A model generated the notes under the pieces. It was not told the DNA's origin and did not search any database. It was given only the letters and a program-made list of their open reading frames with translations. The position numbers and the translations under genes are program-made. From contig OZ024745.1 in assembly GCA_964016885.1 (NCBI GenBank), positions 41,292,001 through 41,356,000 on the forward strand: 64,000 nt of DNA. Reading direction: 5' to 3'. Source of the stretch: Eledone cirrhosa (lineage: Eukaryota). The number at the start of each line of letters is the position of its first letter. The stretch's first letter is position 1. This document shows, piece by piece, positions 34,320 to 49,201 of this stretch.

Positions 34320-34750
34320 TCTACAACAACTACAACGGCACGCGATGGGGCCCACCCACAGCCCCGGCGGATAGAATGGAGAAGGCCCGGAAAACGGCAA
34401 GGGAGAAGCGCTGGAAAAGCCACACCAGCTCGAGGGGCTCACACCTGCGGCTGGCCAGCTCAATGCCTATGGTGGTGAGTAAGGAGGTAGCCCTGGGGCC
34501 GGGGATAAAAGAAGTCTCCACTGCCAGGGGTACGACCGCAAATATGTTGGAGAGCGACCGGTATTTGAGGAGTTTAGCCCCCTCAGCCCGACGTGCAGCA
34601 GAACCTGGGTCAGTCACAGACTGCACCAGGTTGCGGTTGCAGAAAGTGTCGGTGCAAGTGGCATCCCAGACGAGGGGTTTGCTACCGCGGAACGGGAAGA
34701 TGGTAATGCCATCTGACCTTTTGCCGTCCCCTCGATCCAGCCCCACCGGC
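34320..34750 (-). pseudogene. 3' fragment of a CRE-like non-LTR retrotransposon (restriction-like endonuclease domain)
   Basis: DGKRSDGITIFPF..KPLVWDATCTDT..AEGAK..KY..VPLAVET..LFQRFSLAV resembles the RLE RPDG/WD/E-K pattern; GC-rich island. Confidence 0.75.
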
Positions 34751-36321
34751 TCGAGAAATATAGCTAGGAAAGCCCTGATTCAAAATGTATATATAAGCTT
34801 TTGCTATTGTGCGGCACTTAATCATTGAATTGCGGCCATGTTGGGGTTGCGTTTTAAAGGGTTTTGTCGAACTTACCAACCTCAGAATTTATTTCACACA
34901 TTATACTGAATTTTGATTGATGAAAATAAGTTACCTGTTATAGAGAGATACAAAATATAGAGAGACACGGACAAATACACACAAATATATACCTCTATAT
35001 ATGTGTGTCTGTGCGCTTTCCTGTCTTTGTGTATGCCAATGCGTTCGTATGTATATAAATTATACATATATGTGTGTGCATGTGTTCGTGTATGCATTTA
35101 TATATGTATGGATATATATATATATGTATGCATGTACTTATGTATGAGTGTATGTATGTATGTATGTATGTATGTATGTATGTATGTATGTATGTATGTA
35201 TGTATGTATGTATGTATGTATGTATGTATCCATATATCTACACAGTTAGAACTACTGGTTCATTAGGAAATATAAATTAATAACAAATAAATACACAAAC
35301 AAAACATATGAAATATTAGAAAAAATTAAAATATATCCAAAATATAATGAAGACTCATTCTTCAAACAAGTGTACAGAATATTGATTACTGAAAACTAGT
35401 GAGATTGATGTTTCTCCAATGACCTTTTGATACAGTCTCTTGCAAGCTATCATTTTTTCTCCAGTCTGAAATTACAACAATATTTCGATTGACTGAAAAT
35501 TAATTACTACTCAAAGTCCTTTAATATGGTTGATAGCAAAGAAGAAAAAATGCTACGATTTCTGGGTAATATAATAAAAGGAAACAAGAAGCAATCACGC
35601 AAACAACATTAAGTCGGTAAACTATTTGGTGTCTGCGTGAGAATATGTTTGTATGTTTGTATGTTTGTATACGAACACCTTTGTGTGTCTATATGCATAT
35701 GTGTATATTTAAGCATCTCTGTTTGTGTGTATGTGTATGTGTGTGTAAATGTATTTGTTAATCCGGAATTATGAACGAGGTTTGGGAGATTTTGTTTTAA
35801 TATTTCATGCCAGATTCATCGTTAATGTTATTCAGATGTAGATGTTTTATTCAATGTTCTAAGTGACCTTTATGCAGAACGCAATAATAAGGACGGAGAC
35901 TGAAAGTTTGGGCTGAATAATAATATAGTGTGTCATATTTCGATATATGTGGAAGTTATGTGGGATTATTTTGCAATATGAAATCCATTTGCCACATACA
36001 ACGAACATATATGTTTAAATTAAATAATAATACTTATAGTAGACCACAGTGTATATTAGAACATGTTTAGGTACATTTGATATAGATATAACTACAGATT
36101 TTAAATCAGATTCCTCACTGTAAAAAGAATAAAGTGTAAAGACACTGCACCACACATACTCCGGGGCAACTTGGGAAGTCCCTTTTACTATGAGCCCCCG
36201 GTTCAAAAATGCATTGTAAGTGAAATCTGGTAAACAAAATCTTCAAAGACCTCGCGTACGTGTGTGTGTGTGTACATATATATATATATACACGAGGTCT
36301 TTGAAGATTTTGTTTATATGC

Positions 36322-36421
<100 letters not shown>

Positions 36422-36442
36422 TTATATATATTAAAGATATAT

Positions 36443-36990
36443 ATTGAATTAGGAACTCAAAATAGTCTCTTACAACAAAATAGCTCTAAGAAAGAGATAT
36501 TTCTGAGCCGTATAATATAATAGAATATAAAAGAAAAACGAACACAGATATATAGATATATGTGTTCAAATCGTAAGGGACCAGATTCGCTTAGGTGAAA
36601 AGATACTATAGACAATTGGGATCGCTTGTCTCAATTTAAGAAAAATTTAAGAAAATAAATACAAACCGGAAATTGTGGTAACTACCAATTACCCAGACAA
36701 CTTGTTGTTTCGCAAAGTTAATTGTGAATAGCAATACTAATCCAAGCTCATCAGTGGGTGATGAATTAGTATCCTAGACACATCTATGTATGCTATATAT
36801 AAAATATAAAACAGCGCACATGGCATCCTAGCGAGTCTCACAAACCCACACGACTAAAAATAGCAGCCAGGTTTACTTGTTAGTATTCTTTTACTAGTTA
36901 GTATTCTTTTCACCTTAGCGAATCAGGTCCCTTACGATTTAAACACATATATCTATATATCTGTGTTCGTTTTTCTTTTATATTCTATTA

Positions 36991-36993
<3 letters not shown>
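36443..36993. mobile_element. Fold-back insertion: arms ~36514-36603 / ~36904-36994, tail on the left
   Basis: Reverse-complement arms; HHR inside. Confidence 0.78.
36691..36759 (-). ncRNA. Type I hammerhead
   Basis: accca-CTGATGA-gc...gc-GAAA-caac aa gttg-TC-tgggt. Confidence 0.75.
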
Positions 36994-37037
<44 letters not shown>

Positions 37038-37038
<1 letters not shown>

Positions 37039-37240
37039 ACGAAGGAGGTGTGGTAAGGAACCAGATGGACCATAACGCACCAGAGTACTCAATACTTAGG
37101 GTAGTAGAGTGGGTAATAGGAAAATGTTTAACCCCGACGGTAGAGCTCAAGCCGTTTCGACGGCTATTTCTGGACTGTCCAGACTAGTCCAGAAATAGCC
37201 GTCGAAACGGCTTGAGCTCTGCCGTCGGGGTTAAACATTT

Positions 37241-37244
<4 letters not shown>
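37038..37244 (+). mobile_element. Short fold-back copy of family C, tail on the left
   Basis: Tail aacgaaggagg...gtaatagg followed by a palindrome around ~37180. Confidence 0.85.
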
Positions 37245-37275
<31 letters not shown>

Positions 37276-39126
37276 TCAATCAGAGGAGCACTCATATCCT
37301 CTAGCATACCCAGGTTATTCTTCGATATATTGTTTAAAATATTTCCCCAAAACCATAAATATTGCAAGGTATTAAACACGAACGTAGGGAAACTATCTTT
37401 GTCAACCACACCAGATTTAGTTGGTATTTTGGCATTCAAAAACCATAGGAAAAGAAATCCAATACGCAATCCAATCCTCCTATAATTATGTGTGTATGTG
37501 TGTGTGTGTGTGTTTGTGTATGTTTGTGTGTGGGGGAGGGGAAGTGGGGGGTGTGAATGATAAATTTTGACTTAAGCATTTTTTCTTATTTCCGAACTAT
37601 CAGCATTGGTTCACCTTCACAACTCCAGCTTCAGAATATGAATTTTAGTATTAGTATCATATTTTCTCCTTGATATGAAAGTCTCGAAACATTAGAACTT
37701 TTTACAAATTAAGAATAAATAAGAAAATATGAAAGTCTTTAATTAAAAGGAGAAGACTTGGACGCAGTTGTGTTTTTAATAAGATGTTTGAATGGGTAGT
37801 TTAATATATATGTATATATTTGTGAGCGTGTTTGTGCGTGTCGTGTGTGTGTGTGTGTGTACATACGATATGTGTGGCATAAATCTTAAGAGATTAGCAT
37901 GTTTATTAATATTTGAGAAATAGTGTACTGCAATACTGTAGTAAATAATGGAAATCGTGCTATGGAGAAACATAATGTTATGACAGTGAAAGCGTGTGTA
38001 TAATATAGCTTTATTCCGTTTGGCTATTGCATATGGACAAACCATCAAATATTACATTAAGAAAGAGAAACAAAATCAAAAACATTTAGTTAAAACAGCT
38101 GGACGAGACAGAATTATTGGCAGGTTGCTTCGTTCGGATAAGCGATGTCTGTGAGGTTAAGACTTATATGAATGTCTTGTCAGAGATTGGTTAAGTATTT
38201 TCTTCTTTAAATAAGTAACTTCTTCAAGAAGAAAAGAACAGCGGTTATCTGCTAGTTGTTTTTTGTTTCGTTTGATTTAGAGTTGTGGTTTTCAAACGGA
38301 AAGAACTTGGGGAAGAATCCACACTGAGAAAGGATGGTGTAAATTGTGTATATATAAATGAAATTCCAATATACACAACATAAAGGTCGATCATGATTTA
38401 ACACAAAAGACTTAATAATGTAATTTGCATTAATAAATTGCTTTAATGTGGTAGAAGTATAATAAGGGTTTCTTATATAGGCACAAGGCCAGCAGTTCTT
38501 GGGGGGGGGGGCGATTAAATAGACCCCAGTGCGTGACTGGTACTTTATGACAATTCAACTTAATGACAATTCAACATGGAGAAAGAAATAGAGAGATGTG
38601 GGATCTCTGACAAAATATTCACACACGTCTTAATTTATCTCGACCATCTGTTTTAACTAAATAACATAGATCTCAGAAAATCAGTGGTTTAAAAAGGTTT
38701 TGAGCAATGCGGGTCTGATGGATCCAGTCAGGATTCTGCTGCAAATGGTGCATGTTGACGTCTGTAGGATATCTATTATTATATAATCTTGGGAGTATCG
38801 ATAGAGGGTCGGACGCCATGCTTTCCACCATGCTTTCCAGCATGGAGTTACGTCTTTTTATGATCTGAGTTCATATCCCGTCGTGGTTAACTTACAGGGT
38901 CGCTAAAATAAAGTACCCGTAATGCACTGGGATAATTGCTGGCCTTGTGCTAAAAGTAGAAACAATTATTATATAATCTGCGATTGATTTCTACAGCTGG
39001 CGGCAAATTAGCAGAGTTGTTAGGTATGCAGCCTTCTGATTTCAAATCCGGCCGACATCAACTTCGTCTTTCATTCTACCCAATGTTATTACTACTAGAC
39101 CGATTCACCTCATTATATATATATAT

Positions 39127-39413
<287 letters not shown>

Positions 39414-39458
39414 GTATGTATATACATATGTATATATATATAGAGAGAGAGAGGGGGA

Positions 39459-39518
<60 letters not shown>

Positions 39519-39705
39519 TGTGTGTGCGCTTCAACAACAACCTTGGTAAACTTGAAATCTTTTCGCAGGTCAACATTCATATCCACAGATAGATATCTAT
39601 ATATATATGTATGTACATATATGCAGAATATCCGTAGATAAAAGTCCAAGGAAAACAATGATCAATCTATTGCAAGAGAGCTTATTTAGTATATTTAATT
39701 TCATA

Positions 39706-39853
39706 ATCTTAACATGTATGTACGATCTTAGGTTTCGAGGTCCAGCTATTATCACCACTGTATAGTGAAGGTGCTGCTTGAACACTGGCATCTCATCAGG
39801 GACTAGGGCAAAGTTCTGGACCCCGAAACCTAAGGTCAGGCATACATGTTAAG
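39706..39853. mobile_element. Fold-back island with a degenerate HHR on the minus strand (~39720-39804)
   Basis: cttaacatgtatg...ggtccag versus ctggacc...catacatgttaag; gtcc-CTGATGA-ga...tc-GAAA-cctaaga-TC-gtac. Confidence 0.6.
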
Positions 39854-40484
39854 TGAAGGGAATTTTAAATTTAAGTGAAGGTAATTTTAAATTTAAGTGA
39901 AGGGAATTTTAAATATACTACATATTCTACTACACGAAATACCCTGAAAATAGCACTACTCAATGAGAATTACTTCCAACTCTTTACTTATGCGATTTCA
40001 TGGACATTCAATATTAAGCAATTTCCGGAAATATAAAGAAGAATTCTTCATTAGAAAGTACATACCGCTACTGAACACAAAAAAATGATATTCCATCTTC
40101 CAATAACGGGATTCTCTCTGGGGTTTTTTTAAATCGCATATTGACAAAAGAAAAATATCCAAGTAGAGGTGGATGACACCCACACTTTCAAACATTCGAT
40201 CGTTGAAGAGAACAACTCTCGGAGGTACACTACCACTTCTCTGATTCCCTATTCCCCGCCAGTGTATATGTGAACTCATATACTTGAACAGATGTGTATG
40301 TATGTATATATGTATGTAGGTTTACAGGTATGTGTATGCGTGTGTGTGTATGTATGCATGTATGTGTGTATATTTGTATGTATGTATATATATACATATG
40401 TGTATATATAGAGATATGTGTATAGGAATCTGTGGGTGGGTGTATGTGTGTGTGTGTGTTTATATACATGTCTTTAAAAATATA

Positions 40485-40733
40485 AAGTCTGCCTTAAGCC
40501 AGGAAGCTCATTTGGCCGGTGCTTATTCCGGTTTCATGACCGGAAGCGACTGGACGCCAGTCAATCGCAGAGTTTAACACCCAGCAATTACTGGTACTCT
40601 TTTTCAGCTGAGTATACTGGAGCAACGTGAAATGAAGCGTTTTGCTCAAGAACATACCACGCAACCCAGGAATCGAACACACTACATCATGATCGTAAGT
40701 CTAATACCCTTACCACTAGGCCTCGTGCCTCCA
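40485..40733 (-). mobile_element. tRNA-derived SINE (second family)
   Basis: Minus strand ggcctagtgg (A box), gttcgattcc (B box), ttgagcaaaacgcttcatttcac core; related copies at ~46630-46745, ~47045-47165 and ~57810-57940. Confidence 0.7.
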
Positions 40734-41505
40734 CTATATATATGTACATATAAGTATATATGTTTGAGTGCATGTGCATGTATAAATATATGGGTATATA
40801 TGAACTGAAATATGTATATGAGCCCTTTGTGTTTATATGTAGGGAAGTAAATATGTGGGATAGCATAATCTACCCACCTCCCCTACCAAACCAATATCAA
40901 CCACATACATTTCTATCAACAAATATTCCAAAAGAACCCTATTTTTCTCTTTGCTGTCATCCCCTTTTACACATCATCCCCCCCCCCCCTCCCCCAGGCG
41001 CACACCCAAATTCATCTTTAATATACAAAATTGTTGAAGTTTTTCTGTATAAATTTAAGATAGTTGATTCAGCTATGAGAAAAGAATTTGAAAAGCTTCT
41101 GGCCATTATATTTTATTCACCAAAGGTCGTCTATTTAAATAGAACCAGCAGGAGGGCACTTTCACAAGCCTGTAATTCCTTTAAATCTTCATCAACACTC
41201 TTTCACTCCCACACTCATTAACAAACCCCCTCACACAGACACACCCAAATCTCTTATATAGAGAGTCACACATCACAACACAACCTGATCTCAGTTTGAC
41301 AATAGCCACCGACGAATGCGAGAAAGTTCTCCAGGAAAGTTAACCAAGAATCTTTAAAAAATCTCCCCATCGAAGTTAACAAAGAACTTACTAGATCTAC
41401 AAAACCAAATTGTAAAATTATAGTATTATAAAATTAAATTGTTTAGAACTACAGGAGAAGTCAATCTTTTCCTTTCTTCAAATATATATATATATATATA
41501 TAATA

Positions 41506-43440
41506 TTAAGGATACTATTTATAGTTATGTATATTTTAAACTATAAAAAGGGAAGATCAGTAATTTATTACTACCTTATAGTAATGTATTACTACCAGTA
41601 AGATAAATAGCTCAATGTAAGAACATCAGTTGTTCTACAGAGCAGTTATATAGAATTCACAAGAATCAACAGAGCAGTTATATAGAATTCACAAGAATCA
41701 AAGCTATGTTCAAAACATTTATTCACTTACAATTGCTTCATCCAAACCTAGGCTTGGAATCTTCGGAACATTTTTTAATGCTTGTACATATAATTGACCT
41801 CCTATCCAACGCAAGAGACATACAGATACATATATATATTGATGTACAGTGGAGCGACATATATACTATACTATATTTGTAAAGTAATTCAAATTTAAAA
41901 TCAAAATTAAATTACAAAATTAAAATACATGCGGCAGATAACACAGATAATGCAAGAGAATAGTCCAATAATCAGATCTAGTAGATAGTGTATGCGTTAG
42001 TCATATATAGAGCGTGCAAGTCTGTCTCATTTATATAAGAGTATTGTATGGCAAGGTATTACATGTAATACAAGCACTTTAAGCGGGTAAGCAAGAGTAT
42101 TATGGTGGTTGTATTATGGTGGTTGATTTCTTATAGTTATATAGGGATTGAAATATAATACAGTTTATATAAACTTTAAATACTGGATACAACAATGAAT
42201 TATATATGCATTTGTAATTAAATGCATAGAGTAATAACACTGGATATATATAGGATTAATTTATTAACATAAGGGATCTGACTAACTTATATGTAGTGTG
42301 GTGCAATGAATTATATATGAATTATATAGGCATTTATAATTTAATGGAGAGATTAATGACATTGTATATGGGGGATGAATTTGTTTACCCAAGAGATGTA
42401 TCTAAGTTTATCATACAAACAGCCGTGCGCTGCTCCATAGCTTACCAAGGGTTATGTGGACAAAAATTCTAATTGGACCTTTGATATATTTTGAGAGTAG
42501 ACTGTATTTAAAGTGAATTTGATATAAAGATATAGCACTTTGCGCTATATAATAAGGAGTAATCAACTTCCTATGGATACCTTTAATACATTATGATAGA
42601 GTAGACTGTATTTAAAATTAAATATAAATATATAACCTTTTATATAAGGGAGTCAATTGAGGCACCATATAATGTATGTTAGAACAATGAATTTAGTTAT
42701 GAGAATCAGCTAGTTACATCCCCTTACGCATTAACTCCCCTTAATTGCATACCTACTTCCGGAGAATAAACCACTGTAAATTCTCGCAGCAGAAAGAACC
42801 TATTCTATAAATATGTATTAAATAACACTGAGCCTCAATACGTTAAAATCCTTTACTACATCAAACATTCAATACGAATACATCGTAACATATGTGATGG
42901 ATGTGAAAACTATAACTTCCTTTCTCTGGTTCTGAAATGGTGGTGGATGTGAAAACTATAACTTTCTTTTTCTTTTTCTGCACACATACTAATTTGATCT
43001 ATTCAAAAAATACCCTCCCACTACAACCACCATAATACTCTTGCTTACCCGCTTAAAGTGCTTGTATTACATGTAATACCTTGCCACACAATACTATTAT
43101 ATAAATGAGACACACTTGCATGCTGTATATATGACTAACGCATACACTATCTACTAGATCTGATTATTTGACTATTCTCTTGCATTATCTGTGTTATCTG
43201 CCGCATGTATTTTAATTTTGTATTTTAATTTTGATTTTAAATTTGAATTACTATACAAATATAGTATAACATATGTCGCTCCACTGTACATCAATATATA
43301 TATATATGTATCTGTATGTCTCTTGCGTTGGATAGGAGGTCAATTATATGTACAAGCATTAAAAAACGCTCCGAAAGACTCCAAGCCTAGGTTTGTAAGT
43401 GAATAAATGTTTTGAACATAGCTTTGATTCTTGTGAATTA
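41506..43440. mobile_element. Large fold-back insertion: arms ~41685-42125 / ~43022-43439, left tail; degenerate HHR related to 2652-2698
   Basis: aattcacaagaatcaaagc...gtattatggtggttg versus caaccaccataatac...gctttgattcttgtgaatt; minus-strand ccgaagattccaagcctaggtttggatgaagcaattgta at ~41725-41768. Confidence 0.8.
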
Positions 43441-43461
43441 TCTCTCTCTCTATATATATAT

Positions 43462-43812
43462 ATATAAAGAAAAAAAGATGAAATCGAAAATGCAACTGAT
43501 GTCTCATTTAAAAATATATATATATATTTATTTGGTTCCTTTACCGGTTTCGAAGTTCTTCTGCTTTTCAACAGTAGAGTTGAGATGGAGGGTTTTTCTC
43601 ACATCTGATGTGAGAAAAACCATAGACCCTCCATCTCAACTCTACTTTTGAAAAGCAGAAGACCTGCGAAACCGGTAAAGGGACCAAATATATATATATA
43701 TATTTTTAAATAAGACTCCAGTTGCATTTTCGATTTCATCTTTTTTTCTTTATACTTTCACTCGTGTAGGACACCTCGGTTATTTTTCATTTTGTAAAAA
43801 CAACTCACTTTC
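43462..43812. mobile_element. Fold-back island with a right tail; HHR 43645-43680 (+) with UUGAAAA core
   Basis: ctt-TTGAAAA-gcag aagac ctgc-GAAA-ccgg-TA-aag; arms ~43462-43593 / ~43626-43754. Confidence 0.75.
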
Positions 43813-45891
43813 TAATATATATATATATATATACTTTTAAGGTGTTTTCTAATTGGTAGCCAGGGATGTGATTGTGTTGCTCCAATTAACTGAACCATGG
43901 TGTAATATGGAAATATCACTTCGTTTGGCGCCATGTGTAATCTACCAATTTTGATACGGTGTAGCATAGCTAACGCAGTACGGAGTTAAACACATTAATA
44001 ATACTACACAAAGGCCTCCATAATAAAGAAAACATAAATCCCTACAAATGTATTGAGTACTCATTCTCGCGAACGTCATTACTCAGCTAATATAATTGTG
44101 TATATACGTATGTAAGTTTACCTAATGCCGTAGCTAAATAAGTTCAAAGAATGTTAAATATACATCAATATAGATACGTGAATTACTAAAAGAATGAACG
44201 ATGATTGATGAAGAGAATTTACTGTATTTTACTACTGAAAAATAAAATGTTTATATTAATCATTGAACAAAACATATACAGAAGAATAGTTATTGTGTCG
44301 GTATTTCCTTCACATCACTTATCTTAACTTTCGCTTTCATCTCTCGGCTTTAGTTTCCCCTTACTTTTCCTCTCTCTCTCTCTCTATCTTTCTCTATATC
44401 TCTCACTTTCTCTCTCTCTCACTTTCTCCCTTTCTTTCTCCCACTCTCTCAGCCTTTCTCTCTCATATATATGTATATATATATGTATGTATGTATATAT
44501 ATATATATAAGTAATTCAGGTTTTTATTTCTATTATCTATTATATAAGATTATTTATTTATCTGTCTATGTCCCTTTCTTTCTATATGTAAATATATCTA
44601 TTCATCTATCAATTTATTTAATGCTGCATTTAACTGCCTATCTACCTGTGAATCTATCTATCCATTTATATATCTATCTATCTATCTATATATTCATCTA
44701 TATACCTATATTTGTTACAATCTATCTGAATAAACGCTTGTCCATCATTTAATCTAGTTTATGCAAACATAAATATATACATAAATATATATATATACAT
44801 TTACATATGTATGTAAATACGTATGTATGTGTGCGAAAATTAAACGTATAAACAACGTAGGAAAATGAAACAGTACATTTTTTGAAAGGAGAGAAATCTC
44901 GTGTATGTATGTGTGTATATACATATATATATATATATATATGGCAGATCTTCTGACATATACAAAAACTCCGTGTCATCTCCATCAAAATGCACGTACA
45001 GTTTCTACCACTACCGACACTACTACTAGTCCAGTTAGGGTTTTATAAGACGAAGACCGAACAGAACTTAAGTAAAATCACATGCCAAGGGTAAAATACT
45101 TATATGATTAAATGTTTGACAATTAAGTCGAACAATGTGTGACGAAGATAGTCAGTTATACCGAGCGAGCAAAGAAAATTAGAGGAAAATTCATGCTGGA
45201 AGTAGTCACATCTGGGCAATATTAAAAACACCAAGTCAAAAGAACGATACAACAGAATCACATGTTATAAGAGAGGAAATTGTCACCGTAAAATAAAGAT
45301 CAACTTTAAAGCCGAAACTTTTCCTGTAAAATCTATGGAGAATGTACATGTGACACAATACTGACATGTGTAACTTTATCAAAGCTGTTTCCGAGATAAA
45401 ATTCAAAAACAGATAATCATTTGAAATAAACAAAGATATATATTTTTTAGTCTTGGTTGGATAAAGTAATATATCAGCCAGACCGGTCATTCTTTCTGTG
45501 AACAACTCAGAGTAAAGAAACAAAATATACAAAAACCGGATATAAAGGAAATCCCAGAAATTCGCGTGAACAGTGAATTATAAACATTACCGTATAAATG
45601 GTTAATGGACGATCCAAAGTATCGAGTAGAAAAGCAAAATTATTTCATAAAACAATTCACCATAAAAGCTCTAATTAAAAGGATGCGAAAATACATGAAG
45701 GTAGTTCTGGTTTGACTACTCTTTTAATAAAAACAAAACCTTTAGAAATCCCATAAAAGTCGAAAGTGCTAAATTGAAATTATAAGGAATGTTTTATTAC
45801 TATATTTTTGATCCAAGTGATACACATTGTTTTATTACTTCAGTCAATTATTCTTTATTAATATATTTTATTCTGTATAAAAGCAAAGGAA

Positions 45892-45974
<83 letters not shown>

Positions 45975-47164
45975 CATACATACATACACCAACATGGCCG
46001 TAATTTAATGTTTGAGACCGGTAGATGAATAAATTACTATATATGTATATGAGTGTGTGCATATATTCAATTTTATGTATATATATATATGTGTGTCTGT
46101 GTGTGTACCTCGTCAATACATATGTAGACTATAAATCTTTCTCAGACAGAATTAATTCCTACCACTTTACTTCTGCTTCCTCTACTTTTTTCTCTCTCAT
46201 TCTCTCTGTTACACTTCCTCTCACAATAGAGAGAATATTAAGAAACTATAAGAGATAAAGCTGCCAGGTTTAAATGAGAATACATTACGAATAATATATC
46301 AATAAACATCGTTAAATTTAATGAACATTTAGAATCTCCATCAAACAAGTCCAGTAACCAATCAAAATACTATTTAGCTTTTCATGTATTTCAATATTAT
46401 TTTCCTAGTTTGTGTGCTTAATAAGTATTTTGTTCTGTTTTGTTTTCCTTGTCATGTCTTGCTTTGAGATTATTTACATTTTCATGGTTAAATATAATAT
46501 ATATATATATATATGTTACATAAAAAAATATATATATAAATATATACGTATATATACATTCATGTGTGTGTGTGTGCGTATATGTATATACACACACACA
46601 CAAACAAATACGTATATATATATATATACACTGAAATAAAGTGTTTTGCTCGAGAATACAAAGCACCACCCGGTCCGAAATTCGAACTCTCAACCTTACA
46701 ATTTGAAGGTCAACGCTCCAACCACTAAACCACGCATCTTCACATATAAATATAAATTCATTGAGCATATTTGCACTAATTGAGTAAAAGAAGAAGAACT
46801 TTATGTTAAGGACATTGTCTAAGAAATAGGATGCATTTCTTCATTTGCCTTACTTATTCTTACGCGTGCAATTTTGATGTATATATATATGTGTGTGTGT
46901 GTTTGTGTGTCTCTGTGTGTGTGTGAGTATGTATATATATATATAGGATCGATCGACTTTCGTCAAATCGAACCGAGGAAACAATGTTTTCGTCGGTCTT
47001 TCCAATTGCTAATACTATCTATCGGTCGCAACTCCAGGTAGAAAGAGCAACGTGAAATAAAGTGTCTTGCTCAAGGACATAACGCATCGCCCGGTCCAGG
47101 AATCGAACACACAATCACAAGATTGTGAATCCAATTCTCTAACCAGCCAGCCACACGCCTTCAC

Positions 47165-47477
<313 letters not shown>

Positions 47478-48451
47478 TTATTCAGGTTTGAGGTTCACCA
47501 CTGTATAGAGCTGGTCTATTCCGTATGGTCAATCGTAATGCAATAATATAGAGAGTACTCAACGTAAAGCAGTTCAACCGTCTTTGTTTTTGTAGTTGGT
47601 GGTGCTATTACGGAGTTAAATATTATAATGAAATGACAGGAGGCTGGATTTGTGTAAATCCTTGAAAGGTTTATTATACTATGATCATTTCAATGACCGG
47701 GTTCCGTATGAATCCGGTGATATCATCAGGTATTCGAAATATAATACGTGAATGTAATAGGTAAAATCCATGGGGCTGAAAATCGAGACCCGAGGGCGAC
47801 CGCTATTCTGTTCCTTCAACCTCAGCCGGTCGCCCTGGAGTGACGTGGCTAAAGTTTATAGTATGCTACTACCGGTCAGATAAACGAAAACAGAAAGGGA
47901 TGGGAGCATAAGTTAACGTCGATCTCATGACACAAGGTAAAAGAAAGAAAGAAAGGAAGGAGAGAGAAGAAGGGGGAAGAAAGAAGCAGAGAAGCCAGGG
48001 TTAATGTCAGCTAAAAGAAGAAAGGCAACTACTACCGGTCAGATATAGGCAAGCAAGAGGGGGAAGGAAGATAAGTCTGCGGGAGGGAGACAGGAGGAGG
48101 GGAGAAGAGAAGGAAGGGAAGAGAGAAGTAGAAAAGTAAGGGTTGATGGCTACAAGAAGGAAGATAGAAAGAAAGAGGAAGAAAGGTCGATATTAATGTC
48201 AGACCACAGTCAAGCCAGGAGTGGCGCGAGAAAATGTTCACAGGGACCCACATCTTAGCAGAGATGAATATATTGGGAGTCCGTGTGTTCGGGTCTCGAT
48301 TTTCAGCCCCATGGATTTTACCTATTACATTCACGTATTATATTTCGAATACCTGATGATATCACCGGATTCATACGGAACCCGGTCATTGAAATGATCA
48401 TAGTATAATAAACCTTTCAAGGATTTACACAAATCCAGCCTCCTGTCATTT

Positions 48452-48453
<2 letters not shown>
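47478..48453 (+). mobile_element. Fold-back insertion family D: arms ~47630-47792 / ~48289-48453, ~150-nt left tail
   Basis: Reverse-complement arms, each with an HHR (47676-47733 minus, 48349-48406 plus). Confidence 0.85.
48349..48406 (+). ncRNA. Minimal type I hammerhead, family D
   Basis: atac-CTGATGA-tatc accgg...ccggt catt-GAAA-tgatca-TA-gtat. Confidence 0.75.
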
Positions 48454-48498
<45 letters not shown>

Positions 48499-48535
48499 CT
48501 AGTGTATAAAATATTTTCATATCATTCCAATACAA

Positions 48536-48652
48536 AGGTCTGACGACATGGTGTGTTTGCTTACAGTGTACCTTCGGTTTATGATAATATTTTTATATTA
48601 TTCAAATAGCGAGTTATAGGAAACCCATTCGCTATAGAAACAATTGTTAACT
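48536..48652 (+). ncRNA. Degenerate hammerhead candidate with a long stem II
   Basis: aggt-CTGACGA-(~90 nt)-GAAA-caattg-TT-aact; stem I has a mismatch. Confidence 0.4.
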
Positions 48653-48698
48653 AATAAATTCTTTATACCCGCATTTCCATTTCATAAACTTCTTCTCC

Positions 48699-48729
<31 letters not shown>

Positions 48730-48828
48730 CACAAAACGTTATGAAACGAAAGGAGCTGTGTGGTTATTAAAAACAAGGTTTAGGATGGTGGTTAGGACGG
48801 AACAGGAGGTGGAAGGAAGATATATATA

Positions 48829-49128
48829 TAGTTTTGCGACGTTTTTGATATGAAATCGTGTGTCGAAACAAATAAAGATGGCGTAGGCATACAATACAAC
48901 GGGAGAAAACATAATAGCACCACTGACGATGTTGCAGAAGTGCAACGAAAGAACTTTGTTAGACTATATATATGTGCTTGACTATATATATGTAACATTG
49001 AGGACCGAATAAATTAAATTAACCGATATAAAAGACACAGAAGCGAAAACCAACCAAACAGTGAGTGTGTTCTGTTATTAATTCTGGCAATATTATTACA
49101 CAAATATGACCCTCCCCAAGTATAACTA
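48829..49128 (+). mobile_element. Truncated PLE A-like pLTR preceded by its inverted tail (HHR 48920-48959)
   Basis: 48829-48870 matches the reverse complement of 11187-11227; the remainder matches the 3' UTR of A. Confidence 0.85.
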
Positions 49129-49201
49129 TATATATATATATTTAAGTATGTTGGTTCACTAAGGAATTGCACCAGTCCAGCCTCCTGTTATTTTATGATA
49201 T

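Noticed and set aside
35370-35470. Possible terminal exon on the minus strand (ttcag|..WRKNDSLQETVSKGHWRNINLTSFQ*)
   Set aside because: Too short, with no homology I can recognise; needs transcript evidence
41305-41350. ccgacga...gaaagttaac as an HHR
   Set aside because: No UH cleavage site and no stem I; at best a decayed relic
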